Positions 9,125 through 16,243 of a stretch of 24,097 bases of DNA are shown here, piece after piece. Made by a program: the position numbers and the translations under genes. Location of the stretch: positions 1 to 24,097 of the forward strand of contig JBBISZ010000004.1 in assembly GCA_037441045.1 (NCBI GenBank), written 5' to 3'. The notes beneath the pieces were generated by a model. It saw only the letters and a program-made list of their open reading frames with translations. It did not search any database and was not told the origin of the DNA. Position 1 is the stretch's first letter; every line of letters starts with the position of its first letter. The stretch is from Deltaproteobacteria bacterium. GTDB lineage: Bacteria; Myxococcota; SpSt-1050.

Positions 9125-10387
9125 TTAAAATGCATGGGCACCGTGAGGACCAATTGCAAAGTTGAGACTGAATATAAACTCCTGAATCGGGAACATTCTA
9201 TCTTCAAAATATCTACTATGGTCATAATTGTACTGCAGTCTCAGGCGAGAAAATTCAGTAAAATAGTATTCAATCATATATGAAAGCCTGTAAAGATTTA
9301 CAAGATCCATTTTCTCCTTTTCTCCATTTATCTTTATATCGGGCGAAAAAAGATAATCTCCTCTTATACCTGTTCTCCAGAGTTTATCAAACTTGAAGAC
9401 CAATTGTGCATAAAGTCCTGAGTTAACTTTCTCAAGTTTTAGTCTCTCTATATCACCATCTTCATTCATCTTTAAAAGGTCTCCGTCTATAATTCTGCCC
9501 AGATATTCGCTTTCAAAGGATAGATATCTGTAAGCATCAATGATATATTTATATGTAAATTCAAATCCATAAATAATAGTTCCATCAGCATTAATTGCAT
9601 GATCAGGTGTCTCGTCCATTTTACCTTCATCATGATGGGAATCCAGAAGATTTGATTGACCGTACATTATTGCACTGCCAAGAAGGAATACATTATCTCC
9701 AATATCAAAGGATGTCTTCAGATATCCTGTAAAGAGGGACGGTCTTGGTGAAGATTTTATCTCTTCTGAGCCAAAAACATAGCCATCAGCATTGAAAGAG
9801 ACAGCCTCGTCAGAAGAACCCTGATAGATTTCAGTTCCTAATTGAACAAAAGTATCTATTGGTAGTGTATAGGTAAGTCTGAGTCCTACATCTGTTAGTC
9901 CCTCACTCCCGAGAAGTGCATCATAAATAATTGGCGAATCATAAAAATCCCAGTTGTGTGCATGCTTCTGACTGTGCCTTAAGGCTCCACTCTTAAATTT
10001 GCCTGCTCTCAGAGCGAATCCATAAGGGAGAAATTTTGTGTCTGTATAGACCTCTTCAAGTTCAATGCCATGCCCAGGGGCTATAGTTGTAACAGCAAAA
10101 AAATCAAAAAAAGGATCCACCGGTGCTGAAAATGCGAGTTCGAGATAATTAAGGTAAAGACCTCTATTCTTATTCATATGCGAGTGGGGCGGATGGTGCA
10201 TAAATTCTGGTATTTCCAAACTCTCTCTCGATTCATCTTTAATGTCACTACTTATAAATGCCATATCGGCGATAAGAGAGAGATCGGGATTAAATTTATT
10301 CTGAATAAAAGGGTTCTCAGTAGCGTTTGAATAAAAAACTACTGAGATATACATAATACATACAAAGAATATTATCCTGCTTCTCAT
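9125..10387 (-). CDS. His-rich outer-membrane beta-barrel of the family often labelled 'zinc-regulated TonB-dependent receptor' (porin-sized, no evident plug)
   Basis: SD GGAGG at 10400-10396; signal peptide; alternating beta-strand pattern; FNPDLSLIAD, LEEVY, HSQKHAHNWDF, FTEFSRLRLQY and C-terminal GPHGAHAF motifs. Confidence 0.8.
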   Translation of the reverse strand: MRSRIIFFVCIMYISVVFYSNATENPFIQNKFNPDLSLIADMAFISSDIKDESRESLEIPEFMHHPPHSHMNKNRGLYLNYLELAFSAPVDPFFDFFAVTTIAPGHGIELEEVYTDTKFLPYGFALRAGKFKSGALRHSQKHAHNWDFYDSPIIYDALLGSEGLTDVGLRLTYTLPIDTFVQLGTEIYQGSSDEAVSFNADGYVFGSEEIKSSPRPSLFTGYLKTSFDIGDNVFLLGSAIMYGQSNLLDSHHDEGKMDETPDHAINADGTIIYGFEFTYKYIIDAYRYLSFESEYLGRIIDGDLLKMNEDGDIERLKLEKVNSGLYAQLVFKFDKLWRTGIRGDYLFSPDIKINGEKEKMDLVNLYRLSYMIEYYFTEFSRLRLQYNYDHSRYFEDRMFPIQEFIFSLNFAIGPHGAHAF

Positions 10388-10438
10388 TATTATAACCTCC
10401 TTAGAACAGGATAGTTAGACAAAAAAGTTTTAAAAGAA

Positions 10439-10717
10439 TTAATTAATTGCTGGAGGGCCTCTAATGAGATTTGATTTTGAATTGTTGTTCTTATAAAGTA
10501 CAATCTCGCCGTTATTTACAACTTCAGCGAGAATTGGAAGTTCTGAATTATTTATTTCCGATTCACAGGTATCGTTATTGTTCTGATATGAATGAAACTG
10601 ACATACAGGACAATTCTCCCGGGAATCAAAATTGTGAGAGGGGTGAAGCAGATCAAAAAGATTTAAATGGAAAAGGATAGGAAGTATAATGAAAAATTTT
10701 ATTGCTTTTCCATACAT
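10439..10717 (-). CDS. DUF2946-like leader ORF (CruR/CutF-like): signal-like N-terminus, His + CPVC, C-terminal RGPP arrest-type motif
   Basis: 92 aa: K4/K7 + hydrophobic F8-F16, H17/H25/H28/H42, C36-P-V-C39, R86-G-P-P89 three residues before the stop; 52 nt upstream of a metal-uptake OM barrel gene. Confidence 0.75.
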   Translation of the reverse strand: MYGKAIKFFIILPILFHLNLFDLLHPSHNFDSRENCPVCQFHSYQNNNDTCESEINNSELPILAEVVNNGEIVLYKNNNSKSNLIRGPPAIN

Positions 10718-10723
10718 GGCTTT

Positions 10724-10754
10724 AATATATAAACATATATGTCCGGTTTGTCAA
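10724..10754 (-). promoter_or_regulatory. Putative sigma70 promoter of the metal-uptake unit: TTGACA-N17-TATATA (or N19-TATATT), ending 8 (or 6) nt before ATG 10717
   Basis: Perfect TTGACA at 10754-10749; palindrome ACATATATGT (10733-10742) inside the spacer. Confidence 0.6.
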
Positions 10755-11203
10755 GTTGCTGGCGTTCCCCCAAAATAATCTCTATGAAAATAGTCTGTTT
10801 CCTCAAAATAATTGAAATAAAGGCTACCATCCATTATCCTTTTTTGAATAAGAATTTTAAATGAGGTTGGAATGGTGAAATGGATACACCTTTAAATTAA
10901 ATGCTCAAACACAAATCTGCTTTTAACATGCTAAAAAAATGAACTTATAGGACTAAAATATAATATTGACACTCTGAAACTACCTAAAGTCATAGAGTAT
11001 ATGACAGATCAGTTTGATAATGTTTAAAAAATAAGAGAAAGAGAAAAATAAAAAATGGTAAATATTTTGAATAGATTTAATTATGAGGGAAGACGCCAGT
11101 TGTGGAGTAAAGTAATTTAGGCGTTTGTAATTTGTTTGTTTTTAAAACCTACTATTGTGTCGCTTTAATTGTGTGGTTTGAGCCATAGTTTATTATTCTT
11201 TAC

Positions 11204-11221
11204 TTATCTGGTTTATCTGGT
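11204..11221 (+). repeat. Perfect 9-bp tandem duplication TTATCTGGT x2
   Basis: 11204-11212 and 11213-11221; spans the spacer of a possible TTTACT-N16-(TG)TATATT promoter for the 11255 gene. Confidence 0.7.
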
Positions 11222-11254
11222 ATATTTATTAACACATATTTTAAGGAGGTTCTG

Positions 11255-11893
11255 ATGAAGAAAGTATTTGTACTGTTGGTAGTAATTTTTATGGTAGCCT
11301 GCGCGGGGCAGTTAAAACAGACTCCGCTCAGGATGGTGGATGTGTCTGAAAAACTTGGAGAGTTTGATAAAAATCCTGATATGAATTTTGTATCAAAAGC
11401 AAAACTCTCTTATGCTACAGTGGATGTAAATAAATTTGATGAATTTTTCAAGAAGGCTACCGCAGTCAGGGGGACAATGGTTGTTGCAAAAGGGATGATT
11501 GAACATGAAAAGAACCTTATTATGAATCTTGGAAAAGAAATGGGAATCTCCAATCTTACAGATATCAATAAACTCGTGGAGGAATTAAAAACTAAAAAAG
11601 GTAACATTGCAAAGGAGAAAATTGAGCCTATCAAGAAGGGTCTGGATAATATGATAATCGTAAAAGATCTTCTTATGGGGCTTGAGGGAAGGGCAAAAGA
11701 TCTTATATCTGAAGGGACAAATCTTGTCAGTGTAGCACCGGATGAATTGAAGTCTGATCCAAAGAAAGCAATGTCTGTGCACGGCGCCTTAAAAGAATCA
11801 GTTAATAATCTTGAAAGTGCTATAAAAGAGATTCCTGAACTGGCAAAATCATTTTCAGAATTTGTAGATATTATAAAGCCACTCGTTGAATAA
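11255..11893 (+). CDS. Helical (coiled-coil-rich) lipoprotein, unknown function
   Basis: SD AAGGAGG 11243-11249; MKKVFVLLVVIFMVA-C lipobox; amphipathic heptad pattern in the C-terminal half. Confidence 0.82.
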   Translation: MKKVFVLLVVIFMVACAGQLKQTPLRMVDVSEKLGEFDKNPDMNFVSKAKLSYATVDVNKFDEFFKKATAVRGTMVVAKGMIEHEKNLIMNLGKEMGISNLTDINKLVEELKTKKGNIAKEKIEPIKKGLDNMIIVKDLLMGLEGRAKDLISEGTNLVSVAPDELKSDPKKAMSVHGALKESVNNLESAIKEIPELAKSFSEFVDIIKPLVE

Positions 11894-11901
11894 AATTTAA
11901 T

Positions 11902-12002
11902 TATTTCTTCTTGAACCGAAGAGCCGGTTGTTCAAATTAAGAAATATTAGTCGGGCAGCATTTTCATAAATAAGAAGAAGGAGATATAGGTTGCCCGATT
12001 TT
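11902..12002 (+). terminator. Two successive hairpins after the lipoprotein gene (possible terminator / RNA structure)
   Basis: TATTTCTT/AAGAAATA (11902-11909/11939-11946) enclosing TTGAAC/GTTCAA; then AGTCGGGCAGC/GTTGCCCGATT (11949-11959/11990-12000) followed by only a short T run. Confidence 0.45.
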
Positions 12003-12069
12003 GAGACTACGAATTAGCTATACCCAATACATTGTTTTGTAAGAATAAATCTTATAATACAGGATGATG

Positions 12070-12097
12070 TTGAATAGCGGTCATTTGGGCTTATATT
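12070..12097 (+). promoter_or_regulatory. Putative sigma70 promoter TTGAAT-N16-TATATT for the OM barrel / large lipoprotein genes
   Basis: Hexamers read directly; SD GGAGG at 12151-12155 lies downstream. Confidence 0.4.
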
Positions 12098-12162
12098 ATG
12101 AAATTTGTTGACTTATTTTTTTTTCAGTGTTTTTATCAAAGTTTGATTTAGGAGGTTGTATT

Positions 12163-12780
12163 ATGAAAAGGTTATTATGTTTTTTGATTATGATACTATT
12201 TTTTATTTATGCAGGAAATTTATTTGCTGAGGAAACAAGAGTGATCAGTGCAAATAAGATTACTGAAAAAGATAAGTTACCTGTTGCTGAAGAGAAGTCC
12301 ACATTGCTAAAAGAGAAATTAAATCTGGAGAACCACATATTTATTAATGGCGTATACAATTCTGAATCAGGTGCATCTATCGGAGTGGGATATTATTTTC
12401 ATAAATATTTTGGAGCAGGGATTGATTTTGGTATATCTATTTCAAATAAAAAAGATGTTTTTCAGGATTATGGAATAATAGAGCAGAATTCATACAGATT
12501 TCTACCTTCGATAAAACTATTTGTACCCGTGCATTATTCCCGATGGTCCACACTTGTGCTTTCTGCATATAGTGGTCTCATTATAGATAAGCCGGTAAAA
12601 CAGGATATGGGTCTGGGCAACAGGTCTGGAATTGATATAAATATTCAGGTTTTTCCATTAAAAGAGCTTTCAGCAGCAGTTGGATTCGGCAGCGGGATAG
12701 GATATTATAGTTATAAATCCGCATCTCGGGGAAGTGGCTTCGAGTCAGATTTTAATATAGCATTTTATTATTATTTTTAA
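12163..12780 (+). CDS. Small outer-membrane beta-barrel protein (about 8 strands, OmpA-TM-like), unknown function
   Basis: SD GGAGG, ATG 12163 (preferred over GTG 12127); signal peptide ending LFA; Gly/aromatic alternating strands; C-terminal FNIAFYYYF is a BAM-type signature. Confidence 0.72.
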   Translation: MKRLLCFLIMILFFIYAGNLFAEETRVISANKITEKDKLPVAEEKSTLLKEKLNLENHIFINGVYNSESGASIGVGYYFHKYFGAGIDFGISISNKKDVFQDYGIIEQNSYRFLPSIKLFVPVHYSRWSTLVLSAYSGLIIDKPVKQDMGLGNRSGIDINIQVFPLKELSAAVGFGSGIGYYSYKSASRGSGFESDFNIAFYYYF

Positions 12781-12795
12781 GAGGAGGATTGGACT

Positions 12796-15700
12796 ATGAA
12801 AAAAGTGAAAATTATTTTTACAATTTTGGCGCTATTGTCTCTGAGCCTCGCCTGTTCGGAGGAGACAAAACTTCCGCCCGAACTGGTAGTATTGGCTCCA
12901 GATACAGCACGGGTTAACACACCCGTTGTATTTGATGCCACTCAGTCAAAAGACAAAGATGGAAATATTGATGAAAGTACATTCTCATTTGATTTTGGGG
13001 ATAGCACAGCTCAAGTGACAGGTGCCGCAAAGGTGACACATACATACACAAAGACTGGAGATTTTAAGGTTACTGTAAAGTGTACCGACAATGATAAACT
13101 GGAATCTACAAAGGTTGTTATGATCTCTATAAAGGATAATCTTTCACCTGTTGCAGTTCTGGCGTCACCAGAAAAGGGGAGAATAAATACATATATTACA
13201 TTTGATGGGAGTGGCTCATCTGATCCGGATGGTCGAATCGTCTCCTATGCATTTGACTTCGGAGATGGAAGTGAAAAGGTTAGTGGTACAGCGGTTGCGG
13301 TTTATAAGTTTTCAAAGACAGGAATATTCAGTGTAACTCTTGAGGTAACTGACAATGAAGGGTCAAAGTCTTCAATAGTAAAGCAGATAGAGATTGTGGA
13401 TAATCTTCCACCTGTTGCGACATTTGCCCTTCCTCAGATTTCAACAGAAGGTGAGATAATTACTGCCGATGCATCCTCGTCAACAGATGCTGATGGGAAG
13501 ATAGTAAAATATGAATTTGATTTTGGAGACAATTCTGCTGTTCAGGAAGGAATGGTGGTAAATCATGTTTTTGCAACGGCAGGAAATTACAAAGTTACAC
13601 TTAAGGTTACTGACAATGAGGGTGCAGAGTCCACCCTCACAAAGGAGATTACCATCAACTCACTCGTATCTCAGAGTGAACCTCCAGAAGCGATCTTTAC
13701 AGCACCTGATAGGGGTATTGTAAATTCACCAATTACATTTGATGCAACTTCATCAAAATCTGGCTCTGGTAAGATTACAGAATATAAATGGGAATTTTCA
13801 GATGGTTCTCAGGAGGTCAAAGGGACGGAGAGCATAATAACACATACATTTACAAATACAGGTGTTTATAAGATTTCTCTAACTATTACATCACTTCTCA
13901 AAGATGGGAAGAGTACACTTACTGATAAAACAAGCAGGGAGATACTAATAACTGAAGAAGGGATAGCTGTTGAGAAGATAGAACCAGATTCTGGTCCGGC
14001 AACAGGATATACAGAGGTATTGATAACCGGGAAGAACTTTAATGAAAAAGCCTATATGAATATATATTTTGGCAGTTATAGTGCAGTGTCGGTAAATGTG
14101 ATAGATTCGACAAGGATAAAGGTGGTAACACCCAAATCAAGTCCAGGAAAGGTAGATGTTCTAATTCAGAATGGTGACAATTCTGTACTTCTCAATGAGG
14201 CATTTACATATTTCGGCGCAGATAATTATGCCGATACTATCTTCTGTCCTCAGGCACTTGTATCAGGAGGAAATTCTCTGGGAGTAAAATCCACAGATGA
14301 TGATGCAATGTATTCGATAAGTCTCCCATTTGACTTTGAATTCTATGGTATTCTGTATCCTGCTGGTTCCAAACTTTATATCTCTACCAACGGCTTCCTT
14401 TCTTTTGATAATGTGAGTTCAAATTTTATGCACTCTCCGATTCCATCTTCAAACAATCCACCAACTTTAATTGCGCCATTCTTTATGGATATGAAGCCTG
14501 GTTCAGCAGGTCAGATATACACTGATACATCCGGGACAGCGCCCAATCGAAAGTTTGCAATTTCTTATAGAAAATTTACTTCAAATGCTGCACCGAATGA
14601 TGAATATAACTTTGAGGTAATTCTCTATGAATCTTCAAATGATATAAAATTTCAGTACCTCAATAATTTTGATGGGACATATACAGATGGTACTCAGGCA
14701 CTGATAGGTATTCAGGACATAAACAGAGGTGGTCTGCAGGTCTCTCGAAATACTTCAATAAGAGGAATTGCACCTGGCGGAAGGACTTATGTTCTGAAAT
14801 ACGACAGAGATTCATATACGCTATATTCTGATACTACGCTTACGATATATTCTCATCAGCCCGCAAACAATGGTGATGTTGGGATTCAGGGTAATTTCAC
14901 TATTGACTTTACGAAGGAGTTGAACTCAAATTCGCTTAATAATATTACAATGGTTGATCTTTCTAATAATAATGCCTCGGTCGCATTAAATCTTACGCTA
15001 TCCAATGATAAGAGAAGGGTTACTGGAACTTCTCAAAATCCTCTTGTTGTAGACCACAAATATAGAGTAACTATCTCATCCAATCTAACTGGAATGAATA
15101 ATGCAATATTTTCTTATGATCCCACTAAAGTTGCCTGCAATCAGACTAATTCACCCACATCTTACTCTTTTGATTTTACTGCAAGGGCAGCATTATCTCA
15201 GGTAATTAATCTCGGAGGCGGTTCACAACCTATGCAGGTAAAACATGCAAAGAATTCAAGTTTTGCATTTATAGCAAAATCAAATGGAAACAGGTTAGAG
15301 ACATTAAATACCAATGCATTAAATATTTACAATAATTTAAGCCTCCAGGACTGCAACAACCCTTCATACCTTGTCCTATCCACTGATGATATGATAGGTT
15401 ATATATCCTGTCCAAACAATAGGGTAGCAGTAGTAAATCTTGATATCCAGAATATTCATCAGATAGACGTAAATAATACAGTACCGGGGACACAATCAAT
15501 AAATGTTGGAAATAGTCCAGCAGGAATAGATATCAGAGGCACAAATGATAGAGTATATGTAGCAAATTACAATGGAGACTCGGTCTCTGTAATAGACACC
15601 TCAAACTATCAGGTGATAACAAATATCAATGTGGGAGATAGTCCAATCGGCGCAAAGGTTCATAATCAGAAAAATCTCCTTTATATTACAAACAGGTTTT

Positions 15701-16131
15701 CAAATAATATTTCTGTAATTGATATCAATAGTGGTTCACCTACTGAAAATACTGTTATAGATACAATTGCATTAAACAATTGTGAAGAGCCATATATGAT
15801 GGAGCTATTGCCGGATGGTTCAAGACTATTCGTTACCTGTAATAAAAATGACAGAGTTGTAGTAATTGATACGAGCAGCTTAAATCAGGTTGCATCTATT
15901 GATGTTGAGGATTCTCCTGTCGGAATAGATATCACTTTTGATGGTAAACTTGCCTATGTAGCAAACTATAATGCAAATTCAATTTCGATTATCAATATTG
16001 GTAATCTCTCAGTATCTCAGACGATAGATCTGCAGGGGAACCCCAGACCTTTCTTTGTAGTGTTTATCCCGAACACGTATACAGCACTGGTAACATACTA
16101 CAACACAGATCAGGTAGCAGTTATTAAGTAG
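12796..16131 (+). CDS. Large modular lipoprotein: 4x PKD, IPT/TIG, nidogen(NIDO)-like, Big_5/SbsA-type Ig, YVTN/YncE beta-propeller
   Basis: SD GAGGAGG 12781-12787; lipobox LSLA-C; three FDFGD and one WEFSDG PKD cores; IEPDSGPATGYTEVLITGKNF (IPT); ISLPFDFEFYG...ISTNGFLSF...IAPFFMDM (NIDO-like); repeated RVYVANYNGDSVSVIDT-type blades. Confidence 0.88.
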   Translation: MKKVKIIFTILALLSLSLACSEETKLPPELVVLAPDTARVNTPVVFDATQSKDKDGNIDESTFSFDFGDSTAQVTGAAKVTHTYTKTGDFKVTVKCTDNDKLESTKVVMISIKDNLSPVAVLASPEKGRINTYITFDGSGSSDPDGRIVSYAFDFGDGSEKVSGTAVAVYKFSKTGIFSVTLEVTDNEGSKSSIVKQIEIVDNLPPVATFALPQISTEGEIITADASSSTDADGKIVKYEFDFGDNSAVQEGMVVNHVFATAGNYKVTLKVTDNEGAESTLTKEITINSLVSQSEPPEAIFTAPDRGIVNSPITFDATSSKSGSGKITEYKWEFSDGSQEVKGTESIITHTFTNTGVYKISLTITSLLKDGKSTLTDKTSREILITEEGIAVEKIEPDSGPATGYTEVLITGKNFNEKAYMNIYFGSYSAVSVNVIDSTRIKVVTPKSSPGKVDVLIQNGDNSVLLNEAFTYFGADNYADTIFCPQALVSGGNSLGVKSTDDDAMYSISLPFDFEFYGILYPAGSKLYISTNGFLSFDNVSSNFMHSPIPSSNNPPTLIAPFFMDMKPGSAGQIYTDTSGTAPNRKFAISYRKFTSNAAPNDEYNFEVILYESSNDIKFQYLNNFDGTYTDGTQALIGIQDINRGGLQVSRNTSIRGIAPGGRTYVLKYDRDSYTLYSDTTLTIYSHQPANNGDVGIQGNFTIDFTKELNSNSLNNITMVDLSNNNASVALNLTLSNDKRRVTGTSQNPLVVDHKYRVTISSNLTGMNNAIFSYDPTKVACNQTNSPTSYSFDFTARAALSQVINLGGGSQPMQVKHAKNSSFAFIAKSNGNRLETLNTNALNIYNNLSLQDCNNPSYLVLSTDDMIGYISCPNNRVAVVNLDIQNIHQIDVNNTVPGTQSINVGNSPAGIDIRGTNDRVYVANYNGDSVSVIDTSNYQVITNINVGDSPIGAKVHNQKNLLYITNRFSNNISVIDINSGSPTENTVIDTIALNNCEEPYMMELLPDGSRLFVTCNKNDRVVVIDTSSLNQVASIDVEDSPVGIDITFDGKLAYVANYNANSISIINIGNLSVSQTIDLQGNPRPFFVVFIPNTYTALVTYYNTDQVAVIK

Positions 16132-16167
16132 AGAATTAAATAAACTAAATAAGGTATGATTAAAATC

Positions 16168-16200
16168 AGGCACCCATAGAATATGTGGTGCCTTTTTTTT
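16168..16200 (+). terminator. Rho-independent terminator
   Basis: AGGCACC...GGTGCCT stem (inner CATA/TATG) followed by T8. Confidence 0.85.
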
Positions 16201-16209
16201 GCCAAATTT

Positions 16210-16237
16210 TTGACAGAATCTATTTCTGTTTTATAAG
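16210..16237 (+). promoter_or_regulatory. Putative sigma70 promoter TTGACA-N16-TATAAG, 6 nt before ATG 16244
   Basis: Hexamers read directly; no SD before the ATG. Confidence 0.6.
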
Positions 16238-16243
16238 TAAATT

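Noticed and set aside
9109-9225. ORF-track N-terminal extensions (9225 for the SBP; likewise 5178, 7405, 12127, 4520)
   Set aside because: They overlap neighbouring genes or promoter elements and bury the signal peptides; downstream ATGs with SDs or clean signal peptides fit better.
9125-10387. Calling the barrel a true TonB-dependent receptor
   Set aside because: Too short for plug plus 22 strands; no TonB box recognised; no tonB/exbBD nearby.
10720-11254. Known riboswitch, tRNA or Zur box in the intergenic region
   Set aside because: I could not match any conserved core by eye; left for an Rfam/motif scan.
11975-11988. AAGAAGGAGATATA, identical to the T7 gene-10/pET ribosome-binding site
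   Set aside because: Not followed by CATATG or any other vector sequence and embedded in native AT-rich context; coincidence rather than contamination.
12796-16131. Assigning the large lipoprotein as a chitinase/hydrolase or S-layer protein because of the PKD domains
   Set aside because: No catalytic glycoside-hydrolase or protease motif and no SLH domain seen; only stalk and binding-type domains.
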